NCBI GenBank assembly: GCA_028710695.1
Contig: JAQTTP010000001.1
Span: 90,001 to 122,000 of the forward strand
Origin: Candidatus Iainarchaeum sp.
GTDB taxonomy: Archaea; Iainarchaeota; Iainarchaeia; Iainarchaeales; 0-14-0-20-30-16
DNA: 32,000 nucleotides
Direction of reading: 5' to 3'
Each line of letters starts with the position of its first letter. Position 1 is the stretch's first letter. The notes under the pieces are model-generated. The model was given only the letters and a program-made list of their open reading frames with translations. It was not told where the DNA came from and made no database searches. Positions 7,964 to 16,377 of this stretch are shown piece after piece. The position numbers and the translations under genes were made by a program.

Positions 7964-10900
7964 GGGATTTATTTCCGTATTTTTTGTGTTGCTTGTGTTA
8001 GTATCTTTGGCTGTGCTCCCCAATATTGGGGATAATAATTCAGCATTACTATACTTGCCTTTTATAGACCACAATAAAATGAAAACAATTTCTACTAATA
8101 CAACAAAAAATATCATTAATCCATACTCTTCAGATCCAACATATATAACTCAAAAATGTTCTGAGTTGCAAAAAGAAGCCACAAAAAACACAAGTATTGT
8201 TCAACAGATTTCTATTGGAAAAAATGTTTGTGAAGAACAAGATAAAGCAAGTAGTATGTATGAAAAAGGAATTACTGTAAGTTATAATCCAAAAGAAATA
8301 ACAATGTATAAAGAAGATGGAAGTAAATATAATTTATCTAAAGGCTGCCATAGTTTGGAAGATTCTTGTACTTATAACGGATCTACAACTTTAATTGAGT
8401 CTTATTGTGACACAACAAAACAAGTTGTTACATCAAAAGAAATAAAATGCCCAACTGGAATGATTTGTAATAAAGGGGCTTGTATTAAGCCAAGTTGTGG
8501 CGATGGTCTTCTTTTGAGCGGAGAAGACTGTGATGATGGAAATACAATTAATGGAGATGGTTGTGACTCTGGCTGTAAAATTGAAAAGAAACCAATAGAT
8601 TTATATGTTGGAAAAATTGAAAAAGAAGCAATAAGCAAAAAATGTATGAATTATTTTTCTTTTGAAATCTGTAATAGCGGTCCGGGGGCAGTAGCCCAAG
8701 GCTTTAATGTATTACTAAAATCAGAAGATTCAAATGTTGTAATTCCGATAGATATTCAAAAATATGGTGCAATTAATTCCAATGCCTGCATTTTAGTTGA
8801 TGAACCGGGATATGCAAATATAATAGGTTTAAAATTAAACTTGGGAGACTCTGCAAAAATTGAAATATCTGTTGATTATGATAATTTAATTATTGAGGAA
8901 AATGAAAATAATAATTCAAAATCGGAAACTGTATTTTCTGGGTCTGCATATATGTATGATAACACAACAGAATGTGAAACTTCTTGTTATGACTCTGATG
9001 GCGGTTGGCAATACCCCGCATCTATAAATAAAGGAACTTTATTTTTTAATGATCTTTACGAACTTTCAACTACAGAAGACTCCTGTTCTTTATTTGGAAT
9101 AGAACTCACTGAAAAGTTTTGTGGAACTTATAGTTGGAATGGTAAAATAGAAAGCACTTCAAAAGAGATTAGTGTGCCGTGTTATCTGCAAAATAAAAAA
9201 TGTGAAGATGGCAAATGTGTGGATTTAGAATCTGGAGAAAGCAAAAATAATTTATCTTGTATTGAAACAGAAGATTTTGGTATATTTGTTGGTGGAGATA
9301 TAATATTTGGCGATTTTAAGGGGGAAATACATAATCTTGACAGTTCCTGTTTGGAAAGCATTTTGACTTATTATCAATGTGATGATTTACAGCCAATTTT
9401 ATCTGAAAGTGATTGTTGGTATGATAATGCTTTGTGTATTGAAGGAAAATGTGTTCCAGGGGAAATAAATTTTATTTGTGATAAAAAAGATACAAATTAT
9501 TTTAAAAAAGACTTTGCATTTGCTCAAAAAGAAATCAAAGTAGGGGAATTTGTTTCCCCTGTAGACAACAAAGAAATATATGATTCTTGTGTAGAAGATT
9601 ATGGCTCCATTTTACAGGAGGCCTTTTGTGGTAAGGATAATGTGGAGTTTATAGATTATAATTGTGCAGAAATGGGCGCTACTTGTGTTGATGGCGAATG
9701 TAAATTACCGGATTTTAACTTGAAATTTTGTGATGATTATGATCAGGGATTAAATGTTTTTGAAGGCGGCAGCTTATTTTACTGGAACGAATTTGATGTA
9801 CATGGCACTTATAATGATACCTGTGTTGATAAAAATCAAATCCTTGAGCTTTATTGTGACGGTGTAGATTACAAAACGACAATCATAAATTGTAAAGAAT
9901 TTGGTGAAAAATATAGTTGTGTTGATGATTTTTCTAATGCTTTTTGTGGATATCCTGATGAATCAAAAGAAAAATGTGAATCTTTTGATAATGGTGTGGC
10001 ATATACAAACACATACGGAATAACAGAAAGCTTTGGTAATGATTGTATTAATTTTGGCACAAATGACAGTCCCTCATATCAGGAAGTGACATATTTTTGT
10101 AATGGGAATAAAAAAGTAAAAAACCATGTTGACTGTGCCGATGGTCAATCCTGTATGAACTCAGAACACAAATGTAAACCCCTTGTAGAACCAGAATGTT
10201 ATTCGTCAGATGGAAACAATCTTTTTATAAAAGGCAATATTTTTTATGTTGATAAATTTGGAAATAAGGAGTCTAATAATATGGACTGTTGTAAGCCGGG
10301 AACAACCCAATTACAAGAAAGCTATTGTGATGGCACAAATATAGTTAAACAAGAATATGATTGTAAAATATTACTTAATAACCCCGGTGCTGTCTGTTAT
10401 TACGGCAGTGATGAATGTAAGGTTTATGATCTTGCCAAAGATTACTGTAAGGAAACAGAATATGGAATTGAATATGGCGATGGATATAAAATTAGTGAAA
10501 AACATAATATTTGTAGTGACGATATCTGGTCTTTGAAAAACATTGATGATTACTTTTTAGGCGATTATTATTATGCATATAATTGTGATGAAAATTTTGG
10601 ATATGACTTCACGCAAAGCAAAGCATTTGGTAATAACAATATTTGCGTATATAACTTCGTCGATCAAAACGAAATGAAAGTTCTAAATAAAGTAAAAATG
10701 GTTTCGATTGGGGATTATGAAATTAATGATTATATGTTAATATACCCTTTTGAAGGGCTTAATGACTATATCGAAGAATCCGGTATATTTAATTTAAAAA
10801 GCAAACCTTATGGCGAATATAAAACAACAATAAAAAATTATTTAAAAGAGAATATTTCTGGGCTGATTTCAAAGGTCGTCACTGAAAATAACTTTATAGG

Positions 10901-11063
10901 ACTAAAAACTTGTTTGGCTACAGAAAATCCTGCTGTTGTAGATTGCCCCTCCTGTTACACGGATTTTGGTGTAACAAAACAAGAATATTATGAAGATATT
11001 TACAATTTGTTAAATGACGTAAAACCAGAAGGAATAGATGTTTGTGTGCTCCCGAATGAGTAA
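7947..11063 (+). CDS. giant secreted Cys-rich protein B (1038 aa), tandem paralogue of A
   Basis: The track start is 7926; the ATG at 7947 gives MNVSSKG+FISVFFVLLVLVSLAVL. Contains CGDGLLLSGEDCDDGNTINGDGCDSGC (8496-8576). The CARDB-like stretch runs PIDLYVGKIE...FSFEICNSGPGAVAQGFNVLLKSED...VDYDNLIIEENENNNS. Many further Cys modules follow. Overlaps gene A by 17 nt (38 nt from 7926) in a different frame. Confidence 0.85.
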   Translation: MNVSSKGFISVFFVLLVLVSLAVLPNIGDNNSALLYLPFIDHNKMKTISTNTTKNIINPYSSDPTYITQKCSELQKEATKNTSIVQQISIGKNVCEEQDKASSMYEKGITVSYNPKEITMYKEDGSKYNLSKGCHSLEDSCTYNGSTTLIESYCDTTKQVVTSKEIKCPTGMICNKGACIKPSCGDGLLLSGEDCDDGNTINGDGCDSGCKIEKKPIDLYVGKIEKEAISKKCMNYFSFEICNSGPGAVAQGFNVLLKSEDSNVVIPIDIQKYGAINSNACILVDEPGYANIIGLKLNLGDSAKIEISVDYDNLIIEENENNNSKSETVFSGSAYMYDNTTECETSCYDSDGGWQYPASINKGTLFFNDLYELSTTEDSCSLFGIELTEKFCGTYSWNGKIESTSKEISVPCYLQNKKCEDGKCVDLESGESKNNLSCIETEDFGIFVGGDIIFGDFKGEIHNLDSSCLESILTYYQCDDLQPILSESDCWYDNALCIEGKCVPGEINFICDKKDTNYFKKDFAFAQKEIKVGEFVSPVDNKEIYDSCVEDYGSILQEAFCGKDNVEFIDYNCAEMGATCVDGECKLPDFNLKFCDDYDQGLNVFEGGSLFYWNEFDVHGTYNDTCVDKNQILELYCDGVDYKTTIINCKEFGEKYSCVDDFSNAFCGYPDESKEKCESFDNGVAYTNTYGITESFGNDCINFGTNDSPSYQEVTYFCNGNKKVKNHVDCADGQSCMNSEHKCKPLVEPECYSSDGNNLFIKGNIFYVDKFGNKESNNMDCCKPGTTQLQESYCDGTNIVKQEYDCKILLNNPGAVCYYGSDECKVYDLAKDYCKETEYGIEYGDGYKISEKHNICSDDIWSLKNIDDYFLGDYYYAYNCDENFGYDFTQSKAFGNNNICVYNFVDQNEMKVLNKVKMVSIGDYEINDYMLIYPFEGLNDYIEESGIFNLKSKPYGEYKTTIKNYLKENISGLISKVVTENNFIGLKTCLATENPAVVDCPSCYTDFGVTKQEYYEDIYNLLNDVKPEGIDVCVLPNE

Positions 11064-11081
11064 AGTTCAAGTTAGAACTTT
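11062..11081. terminator. hairpin between convergent genes (candidate bidirectional terminator)
   Basis: AAAGTTC (11062-11068) and GAACTTT (11075-11081) form a perfect 7-bp stem with a 6-nt loop. It sits between the stop of gene B (11061-11063) and the stop of cdc48 (11085-11087). Confidence 0.4.
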
Positions 11082-11084
11082 CTA

Positions 11085-13256
11085 CTAAACACCAACATTT
11101 TTCTCGAACTTTCTATAAGTATCTATGACATCTTTTGTTAAACTTGGTTTTGTCTTCTTTAATGCTGCTTTAACATCCTCATCAGTTACTTGAGTATCCT
11201 TCATTCTTGATCTTTCAAGGGCAATCAAAGCGGCTTCTCTTAACAAAGAATTCAAATCAGCACCGGAATAACCATCTGTTTTTTCTGCAAGAGTTTCAAT
11301 AAAAGTCTGCCCTTCTTTTGATAATGGCATTCTAGTAATAATCTTTTTGATTATCTCCTCTCTTGATTTCAAATCTGGTGCAGGAACAAATATAATATTA
11401 TCAAATCTTCCCGGCCTCAAAAGGGCAGGATCAATAATGTCTGGTCTGTTAGTTGCAGCAATAAGTACAACACCCTTTAGTTCAGATAAACCATCCAACT
11501 CAACAAGTAATTGGTTTACAAGCCTTGCACTTACTCCACCATCTGCCATTTGGTCTCTTTTTGGGGCCAAAGCATCAATCTCATCAAAGAATATTACACA
11601 AGGGCTTGTCTGTCTTGCTTTTGTAAAAATTTCTCTAATTGTTTTTTCACTATCTCCAACCCATTTGCTGAAAACTTCTGGGCCTCTAACACTAATAAAA
11701 TTTGCTTCACTTTCATTTGCAATTGCTTTTGCAAGCATTGTTTTTCCTGTTCCTGGCGGGCCATATAATAAAACACCTTTAATTGGGTCTATCCCCATTT
11801 TTCTAAAAGAATCCGCGTGTTGTAAAGGCCATTCTACACTTTTCTTAAGCTGTTCTTTTACTTCTTCTAGGCCCCCAATATCAACCCATGTAACATTTGG
11901 AACTTCTACCATTACCTCTCTTAAGGCGGAAGGTTGTACCTCTTGTAAAGCTTTTGAAAAGTCTAACATAGAAATTTCTATGCTTTCTAAAATATCTGAT
12001 GGAATTGTTTCTTCTTCCATATCAATCTTTGGAAGTATTCTTCTAATTGCTTGCATTGCTGCTTCTTTAACTAAAGCATTTATATCTGCACCAACAAATC
12101 CATGAGTGATTCTTGCCAGCTCTTTTAGGTCAACGTCTTTTCCCAAAGGAACTCCTTTAGTGTGTATATTGAAAACTTCAAATCTTCCATTCTTGTCTGG
12201 AGCATTAATATGTATTTCTCTATCAAATCTTCCTGGTCTTCTTAAAGCAGGATCTAAAGAGTTTGGTCTATTTGTTGCAGCAATAATTATTATGTCTCCT
12301 CTTGCTTCTAGACCATCCATAACACTTAATAGTTGTCCAACTACTCTTCTTCCAACTTCACTTTCAGAGTCATCCCTATTTGATGCGATTGCATCAATTT
12401 CATCAATAAAAATTATTGCAGGAGCATTTTCTTGTGCTTCCTTAAAAATAGTCCTTATTTTTTCTTCTGCACCACCAACATACTTACTCATTATGCTTGG
12501 GCCGTTGATTATACTAAAATTTGCATTAGTTTCATTTGCTATTGCTCTTGCCAATAATGTTTTTCCTGTTCCTGGCGGTCCAAAAAATAAAATTCCTTTT
12601 GGTGGAGCAATTCCCATGGTCCTGAAAATTTCTGGATGTTTTAGTGGCAATTCAACTAATTCTCTTACTTTGCTTAATTGCTTTCCTAAACCACCAATTT
12701 CATTATAACCAATTTTTGAAATGCTTGCAGATTCCAAAGTAATTGGCGTTTCTAATAGTTCAAATAGGGTGCTGTCGCTAACATAAACAAAGCCAGTTGG
12801 ATTTGTTTTTGCAACTGCGTATACCATTGCATTTCCGAATAAAGATAAAAATAATTGGTCTCCAGTATTCAAAGCCTTTCCAAGGTATTGTTTTTTTGCA
12901 ACTCTTGCAAAGTTATTGTTTGGTGGCAATTTCACGTTTTGTGTCGGTGCTAAATAAATTTTGTGTGCTTCTTTAACTGCTGCTTTTTTTACAACTACTG
13001 TGTCCCCAATTGCAACACCCGTATTAAGTCTAATCAGGCTGTCCATTCTTATGAAAGATTCAGCATCGTCTTGTGGTCTTGTTGGCCAAATTTGTGCAAC
13101 AGTTTCTTTACGCCCCTTTATGGAAACAAAGTCTCCAGAAGTTAATCGTAATCTTTCTTTGCTTGTACTATCTAGAGTAATAATATTACGTCCAACTAGA
13201 CTTGGGTCTGCTTCTTTTACCTTAATGATCACTTCACTTAGTTTTGTGTATTCCAT
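11085..13256 (-). CDS. cdc48: CDC48/VCP-like AAA+ ATPase (two AAA domains)
   Basis: 723 aa. N-domain, then two Walker A motifs ([17 protein letters not shown]; [17 protein letters not shown]), two Walker B motifs (IIFIDEIDA; VIFFDEIDA), and RPGRFD in both domains. Confidence 0.95.
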   Translation of the reverse strand: MEYTKLSEVIIKVKEADPSLVGRNIITLDSTSKERLRLTSGDFVSIKGRKETVAQIWPTRPQDDAESFIRMDSLIRLNTGVAIGDTVVVKKAAVKEAHKIYLAPTQNVKLPPNNNFARVAKKQYLGKALNTGDQLFLSLFGNAMVYAVAKTNPTGFVYVSDSTLFELLETPITLESASISKIGYNEIGGLGKQLSKVRELVELPLKHPEIFRTMGIAPPKGILFFGPPGTGKTLLARAIANETNANFSIINGPSIMSKYVGGAEEKIRTIFKEAQENAPAIIFIDEIDAIASNRDDSESEVGRRVVGQLLSVMDGLEARGDIIIIAATNRPNSLDPALRRPGRFDREIHINAPDKNGRFEVFNIHTKGVPLGKDVDLKELARITHGFVGADINALVKEAAMQAIRRILPKIDMEEETIPSDILESIEISMLDFSKALQEVQPSALREVMVEVPNVTWVDIGGLEEVKEQLKKSVEWPLQHADSFRKMGIDPIKGVLLYGPPGTGKTMLAKAIANESEANFISVRGPEVFSKWVGDSEKTIREIFTKARQTSPCVIFFDEIDALAPKRDQMADGGVSARLVNQLLVELDGLSELKGVVLIAATNRPDIIDPALLRPGRFDNIIFVPAPDLKSREEIIKKIITRMPLSKEGQTFIETLAEKTDGYSGADLNSLLREAALIALERSRMKDTQVTDEDVKAALKKTKPSLTKDVIDTYRKFEKNVGV

Positions 13257-13277
13257 TTTTTGTCACTCTCTTATATT

Positions 13278-13688
13278 TCACTTCTTATTTTTTATTAAGG
13301 CGTAAGTCAGCCACCCAAGGAATGCTCCAATTATAAAATAGACATAAGGGGTTGTAGCCATATATGTTAGCCAGTTTATATTGAGTTGGCCGAATATCTC
13401 TGAAAATTTAACACTTGAGAATATTGCTCTTTCTCCAAAATAGATTAGGAATGCAAGGTAAAACCCCAAAAATAGGAATACAATAAGGATAATCCCGTTG
13501 TAATACTCCTTGAAATTGTACTTTACAACCTTTTCAAGATATATAAATATAATAAATATCAATAAAAAAGATATTCCTGGCATGATGTAGTAAAGGACAC
13601 TATTGAATTTTGCAGTAAGCCCAACCAAACTAAGAACAACAGAAATAACATAAGTTACTATTAACCCGAATATTGCGTATAAATACAT
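13278..13688 (-). CDS. small integral membrane protein (about 4 TM), unknown function
   Basis: 136 aa, strongly hydrophobic. Lies 21 nt upstream of cdc48 on the same strand. GAGAGTGA precedes the cdc48 ATG, so the two are probably co-transcribed. Confidence 0.6.
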   Translation of the reverse strand: MYLYAIFGLIVTYVISVVLSLVGLTAKFNSVLYYIMPGISFLLIFIIFIYLEKVVKYNFKEYYNGIILIVFLFLGFYLAFLIYFGERAIFSSVKFSEIFGQLNINWLTYMATTPYVYFIIGAFLGWLTYALIKNKK

Positions 13689-13762
13689 TTTAGTCCCTCT
13701 TTTTTATCAATATAAAAACAAAGAGCATTTTCTTTTTAATCTTATTGTGCCTCTGTGTTAAT

Positions 13763-14725
13763 ATGCTTAAAGAAAACCTGCCATGGATCGAGAAGTATAG
13801 GCCGGATTCTCTGAAGGACGTAGTAGGCCATTCAGGGATAATTGATAGGCTTAGAAGCTATGTGAAACTTAACAGGGTTCCAAATATGCTTTTCACAGGT
13901 TCTGCAGGTATTGGAAAGACAAGTTCAGCCATAGCTCTGGCTAAAGATCTATTTGGCGAGCATTATGACAGGAACTTTCTGGAATTAAATGCCTCTGATG
14001 ATAGGGGTATTGATGTTGTAAGAAACACAATCAAAGAGTTTGCAAGAACCCTTCCTTTTAATTCAGACTATAAACTGATTTTCTTAGATGAGGCAGACTC
14101 TCTAACTGCGGATGCCCAACAGGCATTAAGAAGAACAATGGAAAGGTATGTAAAGACCAGCCGTTTTATTTTGTCTTGTAATTATTCTAGCAGAATTATA
14201 GAGCCAATCCAAAGCAGGTGTGTTGTATTTAGATTTAAGCCTTTGGAAAAAGAAGTAATAATTTCAAAACTTGGAGAAATCGGAAAAATAGAAAAACTTA
14301 TTTTTGAAAAGGAATCATTAGACTCTTTGTTTTATGTTTCGCAAGGAGACTTAAGAAAAGCAATTAACATCCTTCAATCTACTGCATCGTTAGACCCAAA
14401 CATAAAAACAGAAGATATCTTTAAAGTAAGTTCAAGAGCAAGGCCTGAAGAAATGAAAGAAGTAATTATTGAATCTTACAAAGGCAATTTCAAAACTGCA
14501 AGAGAATTGTTATACAAACTTATGTTTGATTATGGAATGTCCGGCGAAGATATCATTGGTCAGATATACACTGAGTTAATTGATTACGACGAAAGTAAAA
14601 TTGCTTTAGAAGATAAAATAGAATTAATAAAAATTTTAGGAGAAACTAATTTTAGAATTACACAAGGTGCAACAGAAAGAATCCAAATAGAAGCAATGCT
14701 TGCAATGTTTTATTTAAAGAAGTAA
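13763..14725 (+). CDS. rfcS: replication factor C small subunit
   Basis: The track start at 13745 is TTG; the ATG at 13763 gives MLKENLPWIEKYRPDSLKDVVGH. Walker A GSAGIGKTS, Walker B LDEADSLT, SRC motif (IQSRCVVF). Length gives no sign of an intein. Confidence 0.95.
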   Translation: MLKENLPWIEKYRPDSLKDVVGHSGIIDRLRSYVKLNRVPNMLFTGSAGIGKTSSAIALAKDLFGEHYDRNFLELNASDDRGIDVVRNTIKEFARTLPFNSDYKLIFLDEADSLTADAQQALRRTMERYVKTSRFILSCNYSSRIIEPIQSRCVVFRFKPLEKEVIISKLGEIGKIEKLIFEKESLDSLFYVSQGDLRKAINILQSTASLDPNIKTEDIFKVSSRARPEEMKEVIIESYKGNFKTARELLYKLMFDYGMSGEDIIGQIYTELIDYDESKIALEDKIELIKILGETNFRITQGATERIQIEAMLAMFYLKK

Positions 14726-14739
14726 GGTGACTATTTAAT

Positions 14740-15933
14740 ATGCCTGAAAAAAGACCTGCTCAGACAACATATAATAGGTTAAAAGAACTTTATATACGGA
14801 CAGATCGAAGTACAAAGGATCATAGTGCCGGAGAACACCTGAAACAAAGAATAGAAGAACAAATTTTGAAATTGCAAAAACGAAGAAAAGCCGAAGATCA
14901 ATATGATTTTAAATTTATAAAACTTAAAGAAATGCAAGAAAAAAGAAGACGAGAAGAATTAGTTATTGAAAGTGCTAGGCGACAAATTGCAAAAGCACTT
15001 TTTTCTCTTCGCCGTCCAGAAAATGTCTTGAAACTTTTTGAACAAGCAGCAAAAAGATTAGAAAAATATTATCCTGATTTTGAAACAAAACACAAACCGA
15101 GAATATATGAATTCCTGTATGCTTTTGTAGATAATCAAACAAAGCATATGGCAAGGCAACTAAATCATTTTTTTGGAAACTATCGGCAAAAAGAAGTTAC
15201 TACTAAAGAGATAACAGTTGCTAATTTTGTAATTGACTTGTTTGAACAATATATGTATACTACGCACGGCAGCGCCGAATCATTTCATCTGTCTCCAATG
15301 TACAATGATTCTGCACGTTTAGCAAGATTTTATTCTAACCCTTTTATCCACCTTGCAAGACGAGCAATAACAAAACTTAGGGCTGGATCAACAAAAGAAT
15401 TAGAACATTTTGTTTTTTTGTGGGCTAGTTTTTGTAAAAACGGAAAGTCATTTACAAAAGAAGAGATGCTCTTAAAGGTTCGGGCCTTGCGGGATCAACT
15501 GTTAGTAAAAGGTACTGTTGCTGGAGTGTATTCTGAAGATTTAAAAGCACAAGGCATATTTGATCCAACTGGGGGGCAAGTAATTGCTCATGAATTGGTG
15601 CATCAATTGTATCATGAGATTGGAACTAAACCGCCTAGCACACACTCTGGCTGTTTTATTCTTGAAGCAAGAACGGAATCTTTGGCAACCCTAATTTACG
15701 TATATGCTTTGGGGCAAGAATCAAAATTTAGGGGCCGGCTTGATCTTTCCGTTGATATGACACACCCTAATTCAAATCTGTCATTAGCGATGGCAAAAGG
15801 AAATGGTTACAATGAATATGAACTTGGATATCATTCTGCTATTGATTTTTGTGAATCTGTAAAGTATGATAAGGAAAAAATCAAAGAAAGAATTTTTTTA
15901 GAATTTAAAAAATTGTTTGACTATAAAAACTAA
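14740..15933 (+). CDS. hypothetical HExxHxxxH metallopeptidase-like protein (397 aa)
   Basis: AGGTGA overlaps the rfcS stop, 9 nt before the ATG. The only recognisable motif is VIAHELVHQLYHE (nt 15589-15615). The N-terminal half is Arg/Lys/Glu-rich and helical. Arg, His and Trp content is higher than in neighbouring proteins. Confidence 0.6.
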   Translation: MPEKRPAQTTYNRLKELYIRTDRSTKDHSAGEHLKQRIEEQILKLQKRRKAEDQYDFKFIKLKEMQEKRRREELVIESARRQIAKALFSLRRPENVLKLFEQAAKRLEKYYPDFETKHKPRIYEFLYAFVDNQTKHMARQLNHFFGNYRQKEVTTKEITVANFVIDLFEQYMYTTHGSAESFHLSPMYNDSARLARFYSNPFIHLARRAITKLRAGSTKELEHFVFLWASFCKNGKSFTKEEMLLKVRALRDQLLVKGTVAGVYSEDLKAQGIFDPTGGQVIAHELVHQLYHEIGTKPPSTHSGCFILEARTESLATLIYVYALGQESKFRGRLDLSVDMTHPNSNLSLAMAKGNGYNEYELGYHSAIDFCESVKYDKEKIKERIFLEFKKLFDYKN

Positions 15934-16149
15934 CAATCGTATCTTCTTGCGCTATTTTTGGACAGCCAACATTGCGATAATGCCTGCAGAATAAGTTTAA
16001 AACTACATAAAAAGATAGAAACATTTATATATAAAGTCTGGGTATCTTCTGTATATTTTTTAAATAAAAATATATTTGGCAGTTGGTAAAATTGTTTTTG
16101 CACAATTGCTGGACAGCATTATAATTAAAAGAAAGGGGGGAAGATTAAG

Positions 16150-16266
16150 ATGCCTGCAAAGAAAAAAGTTGTAAAAAAGAAAGTAGCTAAGAAAGTAGTA
16201 AAGAAAAAGACAGTAAAGAAAGTAGTAAAAAAGGCTAAGAAAACAGTAAAAAAGAAAAAGAAATAA
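16150..16266 (+). CDS. 38-aa poly-lysine microprotein, not in the ORF track
   Basis: My translation: MPAKKKVVKKKVAKKVVKKKTVKKVVKKAKKTVKKKKK* (22 Lys, no acidic residue). GGGGGG/AAGGGGGGAAG lies upstream of the ATG. A hairpin plus T7 run follows directly downstream. The track instead lists the F/L-rich antisense ORF 16060-16275. Confidence 0.6.
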   Translation: MPAKKKVVKKKVAKKVVKKKTVKKVVKKAKKTVKKKKK

Positions 16267-16275
16267 AATTAACAT

Positions 16276-16307
16276 GGGCCTTTGATTAAGGCCCGCCTAA
16301 TTTTTTT
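16276..16307 (+). terminator. stem-loop plus T-run terminator
   Basis: GGGCC (16276-16280) pairs with GGCCC (16290-16294) across a 9-nt loop, then TTTTTTT (16301-16307). It starts 10 nt after the microprotein stop. Confidence 0.55.
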
Positions 16308-16377
16308 AATAATTTCAAAACAAAAAGACAAACTAGATTAATATAAAAGTCACAGATTAAACTTTAGCCCTACTTGT

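Noticed and set aside
5883-10060. Several 63-125-aa minus-strand ORFs inside the two giant Cys-rich genes
   Set aside because: All are His/Leu/Asn-rich antisense translations of AT-rich coding sequence. None has an SD sequence or a recognisable motif.
5576-11063. Diversity-generating retroelement target (variable repeat) in the surface proteins
   Set aside because: I found no reverse transcriptase and no template/variable repeat pair in the window. The C-termini do not look like C-type-lectin variable-repeat (VR) regions, and similarity between A and B is at the protein-motif level only.
11347-12708. Two long + strand ORFs (252 and 200 aa) inside the cdc48 locus
   Set aside because: They are antisense shadows of a gene with two complete AAA domains. 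Their products are Ser/Leu/Ile-rich low-complexity sequence with no motif.
16060-16275. 71-aa minus-strand ORF (F/L/Y-rich) listed in the track
   Set aside because: It is the mirror image of the poly-Lys codon run. The SD sequence and the hairpin/T-run terminator fit the + strand 38-aa gene instead.
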